From: Phycisphaerae bacterium
Lineage (GTDB): Bacteria > Planctomycetota > Phycisphaerae > SM23-33
DNA: 64,000 nt
Reading direction: 5' to 3'
NCBI GenBank assembly: GCA_018335035.1
Contig: JAGXKT010000001.1
Coordinates: 192,048 to 256,047 of the forward strand
Made by a program: the position numbers and the translations under genes. This document shows positions 50,669 through 59,435 of the stretch, in pieces. Positions within the stretch are counted from its first letter, which is position 1; each line of letters opens with the position of its first letter. Under the pieces are notes generated by a model, which ran no database searches, was not told where the DNA came from, and saw nothing but the letters and a program-made list of their open reading frames with translations.

Positions 50669-52129
50669 TCACACGGAGAACGGCAACTCCGGCGTCCAGG
50701 CGCCGTCGGTGCGGTCGGCCGTGAAAACCTCGAAGCCCAGGTAGTTGCCGAAGGCCTCCCACAGCACGTTGCCGACGCCGTTGGCGGTCGCCGGGCGGTT
50801 CATGGCCACGTGATGGGGGAAGTGCCGCAGCAGCACGCGGCGGTAGAGCTGTTGGATGCCCGGAATGCGGACCCACCCGTAGGAGCCGAAGGTTTTGGCG
50901 TCGTTGGGCTCGACGACGCCCTCGGCCAGGGCGACCTTGAAGCGTCCGGCGTTGTCCTGTGTGGCGCGGCAGAGCGTGACCGGTCCGTCTTGCATGACGA
51001 ATTCGACGACGCCCATGCAGTTCTCGCGTCCAGCGGCACCGGCGACGATCTCTTGGCAGCCCATTTTGGGCGGCGTTTTGGCCCAACTGGTCGGAAACAC
51101 CCCGCAATGCCAGCAGTTGACCAGCTCGGGGTCGTCGTTGTGGACGTTGTTCCAGTCGGCCAGGCAGCTCGGTCCGCCGGAGGCCAGTTGAAGCGCGTGC
51201 ATGGACAGGGCGCCCATGATGTCCGCCTCGCAGGCCGAGGGAATGCCCCGGTCGTCGAAGCGACTCATCGTGGTGCACGTGCAGATGCCGAGGTTCTCCT
51301 GGATGCTGGTCCAGCACTGGATCGCCAGGGCGTCGAGCTTTTCGTCGGCGACGAATTCGTCGAGCACGAGCTCGAGCTTGGCGATTTTGTCCAGCACGCT
51401 CGGGTCGATGCCGTCGCAGTTGATGGTGTCGGTTATCTCGTCGATGACGCGCTTGACGTCGGCGTCGGTCTCGCGCCGCTGGATGGCGGCGATCACTTCC
51501 GACAGGTCCCGCGTCACGACGGTCGGGCCCAGCGTCTGGAGGGCCTTCTCGTTGTAGCGGCAGGTCCAGAAGTCGTTCGGGCGGGCGCCGACCTGCCCGT
51601 AGCGGGCGTTGCGGAGGCCGGCGACGACGCGGACGACGCCGACGAATCGCTCGGCCGCGGCGCGGAAGCTCTCGTCGGTGGGGTAGCAGATGGGCACTTC
51701 CGGCACGGAGTATCGCCGTCCGAGCTGGCGCAGCGCCTCGCACGTGCTCAGCAACCCGCAGAAGCTGTCGCGCCGCTCGGTGGTCGGCGTCAGGGCCTCT
51801 TCCTCCTGGGCGCCGACGACGAGGATCGGCACGTCCCGGCCGGATTCTTTGACGGAGATCGCCGCGCCCTTTTCGTCGCCGAAGTTGACGCAGTTGATGA
51901 CGATGCCGTCGACCTGGTGCTCGCGGAACAGGCGCCCGGCGAGGCGGGCCTCGTCGACGGTCTCGACGCAGCCGACCTTGGTCTGCTCCGGCGAGGGGCA
52001 GACGACGCGGGCGCCGGCGGCCTGGAGGGTGTCGATCGTGCCCTGGCGCATCCGCGCGGCCAGCTCGTCGGAGAAGAACCCGCGGTTGGCGGGGATGAAT
52101 CCGATTGTGACGGGTCGCGGTTCGATCAT
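50669..52129 (-). CDS. L-fucose/L-arabinose isomerase family sugar isomerase
   Basis: 486 aa. FucI/AraA-like N-terminal and central domains (IGFIPANRGFFSDEL..., VDGIVINCVNFGDE) and a C-terminal substrate-binding domain. Confidence 0.55.
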   Translation of the reverse strand: MIEPRPVTIGFIPANRGFFSDELAARMRQGTIDTLQAAGARVVCPSPEQTKVGCVETVDEARLAGRLFREHQVDGIVINCVNFGDEKGAAISVKESGRDVPILVVGAQEEEALTPTTERRDSFCGLLSTCEALRQLGRRYSVPEVPICYPTDESFRAAAERFVGVVRVVAGLRNARYGQVGARPNDFWTCRYNEKALQTLGPTVVTRDLSEVIAAIQRRETDADVKRVIDEITDTINCDGIDPSVLDKIAKLELVLDEFVADEKLDALAIQCWTSIQENLGICTCTTMSRFDDRGIPSACEADIMGALSMHALQLASGGPSCLADWNNVHNDDPELVNCWHCGVFPTSWAKTPPKMGCQEIVAGAAGRENCMGVVEFVMQDGPVTLCRATQDNAGRFKVALAEGVVEPNDAKTFGSYGWVRIPGIQQLYRRVLLRHFPHHVAMNRPATANGVGNVLWEAFGNYLGFEVFTADRTDGAWTPELPFSV

Positions 52130-52306
52130 GGTCTGTGCTCCGGTTCAGGGGAGTTTCTCGAACGCGTGATGATACAAACGCCCCGCCCGCCGACGCAAGA
52201 GCGCCGCGGCGCGAAGGAGGGATGACGGCAGCTCGCAGGGCAGGTCCTTTGAGGCGCGTCCGGGACCTTATGCGAGCCGTCGCGCGCTTAAATGGGTGGC
52301 GTGCAT

Positions 52307-52335
52307 ATTGACAGCTCCGCGCCGCGGCGGTAAAG
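52307..52335 (+). promoter_or_regulatory. Sigma70-like promoter (TTGACA-17-TAAAGT) about 190 nt upstream of tRNA-Gln
   Basis: ttgaca gctccgcgccgcggcgg taaagt, read directly. Confidence 0.4.
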
Positions 52336-52525
52336 TACGAAGCTTGCCATTGGCGCCAGTTGTTCCAATGGAGCGTCTCTTCGGCGGCTCAGCGAGCCGG
52401 AGGGAGCGGGCGAGCGAGGTTGCGGCCGTTCGTTCGGGCTCCGGAGCGACGGGGTTTTGCCGCGACACCTTGACCGGTGGCTGAGGCGCCGGGCGTGCCG
52501 GTCGATGCGACACGAGCGATTATCC

Positions 52526-52597
52526 TACCCGGTGGTGTAATTGGTAACACACGAGGTTTTGGTCCTCGCGTTCCAGGTTCGAGTCCTGGCCGGGTAG
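52526..52597 (+). tRNA. tRNA-Gln (anticodon TTG)
   Basis: TACCCGGTGGTGTAATTGGTAACAC...CGAGG-TTTTGGT-CCTCG...CCAGGTTCGAGTCCTGGCCGGGTAG. U1-A72 is typical of tRNA-Gln. Confidence 0.85.
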
Positions 52598-52675
52598 CAT
52601 CGAGAACTTCCCGCACGGATGCACGGCGAACGCTGCTCGGCCGGTTGACCGGCCGGGTCGGCGGCTGACGAGGCG

Positions 52676-53431
52676 ATGGGTGCGACGGCGATCATCCTGG
52701 CCGCGGGCAAAGGCACGCGGATGAAGTCGGACACGGCGAAGGTGCTGCACACGGTGTGCGGTCGGCCGATGGTGGCGTACGTCATCGACGCCTGCCGCGC
52801 GGCCGGGTGCGAGCGGTTGCTGGTCGTCGTCGGCCATCAGGCCCAGAACGTGCGCGACGCCTTCGCCGGCGACGACGCGGACATCACGTGGGTCGAGCAG
52901 CGCGAGCAACTCGGCACCGGGCATGCCGTGATGGTTTGCCGCGAGTCCCTGGATCGGGTGACGGGTCCGGTACTCGTGCTGGCGGGCGACGGTCCGCTGG
53001 TCCGCGGCGAGACGCTGCGAACGCTTCTGGACCGTCACGCCGACGCGGGCGCCGCGGTCACGCTGGCGACGAGCATTCTGGACGAGCCCGGGCGCTACGG
53101 GCGGATCGTCCGCGACGCCGACGGCGCGCTGACGGGCGTGGTGGAGTATCTCGACGCTGACGCGGACCATCGCGATATTCACGAGGTGAACGTTTCGCTG
53201 TATTGTTTCGATGCCGCGGCGCTGCGCAGCGCGGTCGACCGCCTGGACAACGCCAACGCCAAGGGCGAGTATTACCTGACCGACGCGATCGGGCTGCTCA
53301 AGGCCGACGGCGCGACGCTCGCGGCCGTGCCGGCCGTACCGCCCGAGGACGTGTTGAGCATCAATACCGTCGAGCAGCTCGAGCAAGTCGAGCGGATTAT
53401 GCACCGCCGGCTGGCGGCGACGGGAGGATGA
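52676..53431 (+). CDS. glmU: UDP-N-acetylglucosamine pyrophosphorylase-like nucleotidyltransferase (GlmU N-terminal domain only)
   Basis: LAAGKGTRMKSD..KVLH, EQREQLGTGHAV and YYLTD motifs are present. At 251 aa the protein lacks the C-terminal left-handed beta-helix acetyltransferase domain. Confidence 0.7.
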   Translation: MGATAIILAAGKGTRMKSDTAKVLHTVCGRPMVAYVIDACRAAGCERLLVVVGHQAQNVRDAFAGDDADITWVEQREQLGTGHAVMVCRESLDRVTGPVLVLAGDGPLVRGETLRTLLDRHADAGAAVTLATSILDEPGRYGRIVRDADGALTGVVEYLDADADHRDIHEVNVSLYCFDAAALRSAVDRLDNANAKGEYYLTDAIGLLKADGATLAAVPAVPPEDVLSINTVEQLEQVERIMHRRLAATGG

Positions 53432-53432
53432 G

Positions 53433-54392
53433 ATGACGCCGAACCTGAAGATCTTCGCGGGGCGGGCCAACGCGGCATTGGCGCGGAAGGTCAGCGATTA
53501 TCTCGGCATCCCGCTGGGCTCGCGCGAGATCACGCCGTTCCCGGACGGTGAGCTTCTGGTGCGGATCAACGAGGACGTCCGCGGGCGCGACGTGTTCATC
53601 ATCCAGCCGACGTGCCACCCAGGCAACGACACGCTGATGGAGCTTCTGGTGTTCCTCGATTGCGCCAAGCGCGCCTCGGCCGAGCGGATTACGGCCGTGC
53701 TGCCGTACTTCGGCTATGCCCGCCAGGACCGCAAGGACATCGGACGGGTGCCTATCACGGCGAAGCTGGTGGCGAACCTGATGACCACGGCCGGTGCGGA
53801 TCGCGTGTTGACGATGGACCTGCATGCCGCGCAGATTCAGGGCTTTTTCGACATTCCGACGGACAACCTGCAGGCCGAGCCGGTGTTGAGCCGGTATTTC
53901 GCCGGTCTGGGGGTGGAGAATTTCGTGCTGGTCAGCCCCGACGTGGGCAACACGAAGTGCGCCCGCATCTACGCGGATCGGCTGGGTGGCGAGCTGGCGA
54001 TCATCGGCAAGCGGCGCGTCAGCGGGGCGGAGGTCGAGACCGGGCGGATTATCGGCGAGGTGCGCGGTAAGACCGTGTTGATGATGGACGACATGATCGC
54101 CACGGGCGGGACGGTCGCCAAGGCGGCCGAGCTGTGCCGTGAGGAAGGAGCCGAGGGCATTTACGTCGGCGCCACGCACGGGGTGTTGTGCGGCCCGGCG
54201 ATCGAGCGTCTGCGCGACGCGCCGATCAACGAGGTGGTCGTCACGGATACCATTCCGGTCGGTGACGACAAAGCCGAGGCCCTGGGCAAGCTGAAGGTTC
54301 TTAGTGTCTCGGAGCTGATCGGCGAGGCGATTCACCGTATTCACAATGACGAGTCCGTGAGCAGCTTGTTTTCGCGGGCGAGCGGCCGGTAA
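53433..54392 (+). CDS. prs: Ribose-phosphate pyrophosphokinase
   Basis: PRPP-synthetase motifs (FPDGE, DLHAAQIQGFF, VLMMDDMIATGGT). Confidence 0.9.
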   Translation: MTPNLKIFAGRANAALARKVSDYLGIPLGSREITPFPDGELLVRINEDVRGRDVFIIQPTCHPGNDTLMELLVFLDCAKRASAERITAVLPYFGYARQDRKDIGRVPITAKLVANLMTTAGADRVLTMDLHAAQIQGFFDIPTDNLQAEPVLSRYFAGLGVENFVLVSPDVGNTKCARIYADRLGGELAIIGKRRVSGAEVETGRIIGEVRGKTVLMMDDMIATGGTVAKAAELCREEGAEGIYVGATHGVLCGPAIERLRDAPINEVVVTDTIPVGDDKAEALGKLKVLSVSELIGEAIHRIHNDESVSSLFSRASGR

Positions 54393-54416
54393 CGCGAGCC
54401 GGCGGGAGTTTGGACG

Positions 54417-55091
54417 ATGGCAGTGATGAAGGCGAGGCATCGCGAGCAATTCGGCTCGCGGAAGATGCGAAAACTGCGGGCCGGCGGCGAAGTTCCCGCG
54501 ATCATCTACGGTCACGGCGATGAGCCCGAGCCCATTACCGTCAGCGAGCACGACGTGGCGCTGGCGATTCTTCACGGCGAGCGCCTGCTGGAGCTGAAGC
54601 TCGGACGCAAGAGCCAGCACGCGCTGATCAAGGAGATCCAGTGGGACACCTTCGGGCAGGAGGTGCTCCACATGGACCTGGCCCGCGTGCGGCTGGACGA
54701 GCGCGTCGAAGTGGCGGTCCCCGTGACGCTGCATGGCACGCCCGTGGGCGTCAGCGAGGACGGCGGCACGCTGCAGCAGTACGCCGCCGAGGTGAACATC
54801 GAGTGTCTCGTCACGGCGATTCCCGATGACGTGAGCGTCACGGTTAACGACATGGGCGTCGGCGACACGCTGCACGCCGGCGACCTGGACCTGCCCGAAG
54901 GCGCCAAGCTGCTGGATGACGCCGAAACGGCTATTTGTTCGGTGACCTACATCGCCGAAGAAGAGCCCGCCGCCGAGGAAGTCGAGGGCGCCGAAGCCGC
55001 CGTCGAGCCCGAGGTGATCGGCGAACAGGCCGAAGAGCCCGCCGGCGAGGGCGAGGGCACCGCCGACGAGACATCCGGCGAGAGTGGCTAA
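54417..55091 (+). CDS. rplY: 50S ribosomal protein L25 / general stress protein Ctc, with acidic C-terminal tail
   Basis: L25 N-domain plus Ctc-type C-domain. The last 60 aa are Glu/Ala-rich. Confidence 0.85.
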   Translation: MAVMKARHREQFGSRKMRKLRAGGEVPAIIYGHGDEPEPITVSEHDVALAILHGERLLELKLGRKSQHALIKEIQWDTFGQEVLHMDLARVRLDERVEVAVPVTLHGTPVGVSEDGGTLQQYAAEVNIECLVTAIPDDVSVTVNDMGVGDTLHAGDLDLPEGAKLLDDAETAICSVTYIAEEEPAAEEVEGAEAAVEPEVIGEQAEEPAGEGEGTADETSGESG

Positions 55092-55112
55092 TCGCCGTCG
55101 AGGACGGCCGCC

Positions 55113-55745
55113 GTGGCCAGCGAGTCCGCCGACAGTGCGACGTTCGTGATCGGGCTGGGAAACCCCGGCCGGCGTTACAAGCGAACGCGGCACAACGTGG
55201 GCTTCGACGTGGTCGACGCGCTGGTGGCGCGGTGGGGCCTCGGTCGCGGGCGCAAGGGCTTCGGCGGGCGGGTGTATCGCGCCCGGCGGCGTGTCGGCGA
55301 CGCCGAACGACGGGTCGTGCTGTTCAAGCCGTTGCAGTACATGAACCGCTCGGGCGGGCCGGTGCGGGACGTGACGGCCTTTGAGAAGGCCGACCGGCAG
55401 GACGTGCTGGTCGTGCTGGACGACCTGGCGCTCAATCTGGGGCGGATTCGGGCGCGTCCGAGCGGCTCGGGCGGCGGGCACAAGGGCCTGCGCGACGTGA
55501 TTGCCGCGCTGGGCGGACAGGATGTGCCGCGGCTGCGCGTGGGCATCGGCGCCCCGCCGCCGCCGATGGATGCGACGGCGTACGTTCTTCAGCGGTTCGC
55601 GCCGGACGAGCACGAGGCGGTCGAGCGGGCGATCGACCGGGCCGCCGACGCCGTCGAGGACTGGCTGGCAAACGGAATGGCGTACGTGATGGATCGGTAC
55701 AATCGCAGGAGCACGGGCGGCCGGACGGACGCGCCCGAAGGATGA
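55113..55745 (+). CDS. pth: Peptidyl-tRNA hydrolase
   Basis: VIGLGNPG...RHNVGF...N.SG motifs. GTG start with GAGGA 9 nt upstream. Confidence 0.85.
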   Translation: MASESADSATFVIGLGNPGRRYKRTRHNVGFDVVDALVARWGLGRGRKGFGGRVYRARRRVGDAERRVVLFKPLQYMNRSGGPVRDVTAFEKADRQDVLVVLDDLALNLGRIRARPSGSGGGHKGLRDVIAALGGQDVPRLRVGIGAPPPPMDATAYVLQRFAPDEHEAVERAIDRAADAVEDWLANGMAYVMDRYNRRSTGGRTDAPEG

Positions 55746-55782
55746 GGCCCCCGCGGGGCCGAGGGATAACGGAAAGAGCGAC

Positions 55783-56379
55783 ATGGCAGAGACGCAGACC
55801 TACGAAGGGATGTTTCTGATGGAGTCCGGGCAGGACTTCGAGCAGGCGACCGAGCCGATCCGTTCCGTGCTGGAGCGCCACGAAGCCGAGGTCCGCGCCT
55901 GCAAGCCCTGGGACGATCGCAAGCTGGCCTATACCATAGACGGGCACAAGCGCGGGCTGTACGTGCTGACATACTTCAGCGTCGACCCGTCGCGCGTCGT
56001 GGAGATCGAACGCGACGCCCAGCTCAACGGGCAGATTCTGCGCCTGCTGGTGCTGCGGAAGGACCAGCTCAGCGAGGACGAGATCAACGCCACCACGCCG
56101 GCCGAGAGCAGCGCCCGAAAGAGCGGCGCGTCCGGTGCTTCGTCCGACAAGAAGGCCGAGGGCAAGGCGTCCGACACTTCCGGCGGTGACAAGGCGCCTG
56201 AAGTGAAGAAGGCCTCCGATGCCGCGGCCGGCGCAGCGGACGCGCCCAAGGGCGCCGACGAGGCGTCCGACGCCCCGTCCGGCGACGCCCCGTCGGGCCA
56301 ATCCGACACGCAGACGAGAGCCGAAGCCGACGACGAGCAGCGTGACAAGCCCGAGGCGGGCGACGCCGACGCGACGTAG
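55783..56379 (+). CDS. rpsF: 30S ribosomal protein S6 with long acidic/Ala-rich C-terminal tail
   Basis: The N-terminal 100 aa match the S6 fold. The C-terminal 95 aa are low-complexity (Asp/Ala/Ser/Gly). Confidence 0.85.
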   Translation: MAETQTYEGMFLMESGQDFEQATEPIRSVLERHEAEVRACKPWDDRKLAYTIDGHKRGLYVLTYFSVDPSRVVEIERDAQLNGQILRLLVLRKDQLSEDEINATTPAESSARKSGASGASSDKKAEGKASDTSGGDKAPEVKKASDAAAGAADAPKGADEASDAPSGDAPSGQSDTQTRAEADDEQRDKPEAGDADAT

Positions 56380-56417
56380 CGCGGCGGGCGTCCGTGGGGC
56401 CTTACCGGGAGCGAACG

Positions 56418-56882
56418 ATGGCGAACTACAACAAGGTGCTTCTGATCGGCAACCTGACGCGCGACCCGCAGTTGACGTATCTGCCGTCGCAGACGCCCGT
56501 GACGGAGATCGGGCTGGCGGTCAACCGCCGCTGGCGCGGGCAGGACGGGGAGCAGCGCGAGGAGACGTGCTTCGTGGACTGCAAGGCGTTCGGGCGGCAG
56601 GCCGAGGTGCTCAACCAGTACATGAGCAAAGGCCGGCCTCTGTTCATCGAGGGGCGGTTGCAACTCGATACGTGGGAAGGAAAGGACGGGCAGAAGCGCA
56701 GCAAGCACCGGGTGGTGATCGAGCGGTTTCAGTTTCTCGGCGGCGGTCCCGGCGGCGACGGCGGACAAGGCGGCTCCGGGCGCTCGCGGCCGGCGCAACA
56801 GGCGCCGAGCGGCGGCAACGCCGGCCCGCCGGCACCGTCTTATGACGACGAGCAGGGCCCGGGCGACGACATCCCGTTCTAG
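56418..56882 (+). CDS. ssb: Single-stranded DNA-binding protein
   Basis: OB-fold N-domain (NKVLLIGNLTRDP). A Gly-rich linker precedes the acidic tip DDIPF. Confidence 0.85.
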   Translation: MANYNKVLLIGNLTRDPQLTYLPSQTPVTEIGLAVNRRWRGQDGEQREETCFVDCKAFGRQAEVLNQYMSKGRPLFIEGRLQLDTWEGKDGQKRSKHRVVIERFQFLGGGPGGDGGQGGSGRSRPAQQAPSGGNAGPPAPSYDDEQGPGDDIPF

Positions 56883-56940
56883 AGCGGCCCCGTGGATATG
56901 AGAATCGCCCACGCGGCGAGCAGGAAGGAAGACCAACGCA

Positions 56941-57204
56941 ATGGCCAGGATCAGCGCAACGGCACGCAAACGGCGGCGTCGGCGGCGGAAATCGCGGTAT
57001 CGTGAGGCGGCTAAGTGTCGCTTCTGCCGCTCCAAGGCCGACGAAGTGGACTACAAGGACATCGCCACACTCAGCAAGCTGACGACCCAGCAGGGCAAGA
57101 TATTCTCCCGCAAGCGAAGCGGCAACTGCGCCACGCATCAACGCGCCTGCAAACGCGCCATCAAGCAGGCGCGCTACATGGCGCTGATGCCCTACGTCGG
57201 CTAG
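56941..57204 (+). CDS. rpsR: 30S ribosomal protein S18
   Basis: 87 aa with CRFC...IDYKD...ARYMALMPYV. Confidence 0.9.
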   Translation: MARISATARKRRRRRRKSRYREAAKCRFCRSKADEVDYKDIATLSKLTTQQGKIFSRKRSGNCATHQRACKRAIKQARYMALMPYVG

Positions 57205-57234
57205 AGGCCGCCAGAGCAACCAAGGATTAGACGC

Positions 57235-57840
57235 ATGAAAGTTCTCCTGCGACGCAACATCGCCAACCTCGGGCAGATCGGCGACGTCGTGGACGTCAAG
57301 CCCGGCTACGCGCGAAACTACCTCGTGCCATACGGACATGCCACGCAGCCCACGGCGGCGAATCTCAAGGCCGTCGAGGCCGAGAAAGCCGCCTACCTCG
57401 CGCAGCTCGCCGAGGAAAAGGCCGCCCTCGAGGCCCGCGCGGCGCAGATCGACGGCAAGGAAGTAACCCTCGCCGCCCGCGCCAACGAGGAAGGGCACCT
57501 GTACGGATCGGTCGGCCCGGCCCAGATCGTCGAGGCGCTGGTCGCCGAGGGACACACGCTTGAGCCGCATCACGTCGCTCTTGACGTGCCCATCCGCCAG
57601 TTGGATAAATACGATGTGACGATCCGCTTCGAGCACGACGTGACCGCGCAGATTCACGTGTGGGTCGTGCCCGTCCACGAGCCCGCCGCCGTGACGGACG
57701 GCGAGGGCGACTCGACCGGTGCGGAAGCGGCCGCGGCGGGCGAGCCGGCGACCGGCGAGCTGAACGAGGCCGCCGAGCCGACCGACGCCGACGCGACGGC
57801 GGAGCCGTCAGACGAACCCATCGAGACCGACGAGGTCTAG
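57235..57840 (+). CDS. rplI: 50S ribosomal protein L9 with acidic C-terminal extension
   Basis: MKVLLRRNIANLGQIGDVVDVKPGYARNYL start. About 50 aa of Glu/Ala/Asp-rich tail. Confidence 0.85.
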   Translation: MKVLLRRNIANLGQIGDVVDVKPGYARNYLVPYGHATQPTAANLKAVEAEKAAYLAQLAEEKAALEARAAQIDGKEVTLAARANEEGHLYGSVGPAQIVEALVAEGHTLEPHHVALDVPIRQLDKYDVTIRFEHDVTAQIHVWVVPVHEPAAVTDGEGDSTGAEAAAAGEPATGELNEAAEPTDADATAEPSDEPIETDEV

Positions 57841-57939
57841 ACGCGGGCGCATGGGCCCCGGCGGGGCGAACCGACGCGGCACGACGGCGCCCGGCGGGCG
57901 GCTGCGACAAGCGCGGCCCCTGCCAGGGAGGGTGTGGAT

Positions 57940-59352
57940 ATGGTCACGGCGGACAGCTCGCAAGGCGCGGAACCCGGACGCACGACGGAGCCGACCGGCT
58001 CGGCCGAGCGCGTGCCCCCCGGCGACATCCAAGCCGAGGCGTGCGTTCTGGGCTCGATGATGCTCCACGCCCCGTGCATCGACAGCGTGCTCCAGATCGT
58101 CCGCGCCGATCAGTTCTACCGCCCGGCGCATCAGCTCGTGTTCGGCGCCCTGGTCGAGATGCACGACGGCGGCAAGCCGATCGACCTGGTCGCCGTGCGG
58201 GAGGAGCTGACGCGGCGCAAGCATCTCGAGCAGGTCGGCGGCGTGGACTACCTGGTGCGGCTTGCCGAGGGGGTTCCCAACGCCGCCAACGCCGAGTACT
58301 ACGCGGCGATCGTGCGCGACAAGGCGCTGCTGCGGGAGCTGATTACGGCCGGCAACGAGATGATCCGCGAGTCCTATGACTCGCGCGACGCGGCGCAGGA
58401 AGTCATCGACCGCGCCGAGCAGCGTGTCTTCGACATTCGCGCCCGGAACGTCGACCAGAGCAGCGCGACGCTCGATGCGCTGATCACGCAGGTCTTCGAG
58501 ACGCTCGAGAAGACCGAAGGTCAGGCGATCACCGGCTTGGCCAGCGGCTACCACGAGCTGGACGAGTTGACCAGCGGCTTCCAGAGCGGGGACATGGTCA
58601 TTCTCGCGGCGCGGCCGTCGATGGGCAAAACGAGCATTCTGCTGAACATGGTCGAGCACGCGGCCGTGGTGGACCAGCGCCCCGTGGCGTTTTTCTCGCT
58701 GGAGATGTCGCAGGAGCAGGTCGCCCAGCGCCTGCTGGCGGCGCATGCCCGGTTCGACCTTCGGCAACTGCGCCGGGGCATGATCGGCGACGAGGCGTGG
58801 GTGCACCTGCAGAACAGCGCCGGTCCGTTGTACGAGGCGCCGGTGTTCGTGGACGACTCGCCGATGCTGACGGTGCTCGAACTTCGCGCCAAGTGCCGCC
58901 GGCTCAAGAGCCAGCACGACATCGAGGCGGTGTTCCTGGACTACATGCAGTTGATGAGCTACGCCGGCCGGGCCGACAGCCGCCAGCAGCAGATCAGCGA
59001 GATCTCGCGCGGCATCAAGGCGCTGGGGCGCGAATTGGACATCCCCATCATCGTCGCCGCCCAGCTCAACCGCAGCCCGACCGACCGTCCGACGCACCGC
59101 CCGCGGATGAGCGACCTGCGCGAATCCGGCTCGCTGGAGCAGGACGCCGACGTGGTCATGCTCCTGCACAACGAGGACTACTACCACAAGGGGGAGGACG
59201 GCTACATGCCGACGAACATCACGGAGTTGATCGTCGACAAGCAGCGAAACGGCCCGACGGGTGTGATCAAGCTGACCTTCCTGCCGCGGTGCACGCGGTT
59301 CGAGTCGCTCGCGCCGGAGCACGCCCAGGCGCCCGGCGGCGCGCCGTTCTAG
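57940..59352 (+). CDS. dnaB: Replicative DNA helicase DnaB
   Basis: Walker A ARPSMGKTS, SLEMS, and the arginine-finger region. GGGAGGG lies 7 nt upstream of the ATG at 57940. Confidence 0.9.
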   Translation: MVTADSSQGAEPGRTTEPTGSAERVPPGDIQAEACVLGSMMLHAPCIDSVLQIVRADQFYRPAHQLVFGALVEMHDGGKPIDLVAVREELTRRKHLEQVGGVDYLVRLAEGVPNAANAEYYAAIVRDKALLRELITAGNEMIRESYDSRDAAQEVIDRAEQRVFDIRARNVDQSSATLDALITQVFETLEKTEGQAITGLASGYHELDELTSGFQSGDMVILAARPSMGKTSILLNMVEHAAVVDQRPVAFFSLEMSQEQVAQRLLAAHARFDLRQLRRGMIGDEAWVHLQNSAGPLYEAPVFVDDSPMLTVLELRAKCRRLKSQHDIEAVFLDYMQLMSYAGRADSRQQQISEISRGIKALGRELDIPIIVAAQLNRSPTDRPTHRPRMSDLRESGSLEQDADVVMLLHNEDYYHKGEDGYMPTNITELIVDKQRNGPTGVIKLTFLPRCTRFESLAPEHAQAPGGAPF

Positions 59353-59435
59353 GCCGATCCGCCGCATGCCCGCATTGTCGCTATGGTGCAAGGTTGTCCG
59401 CGGCGCCGGGGGTTGCCATAATCAGGGTTTCGACG

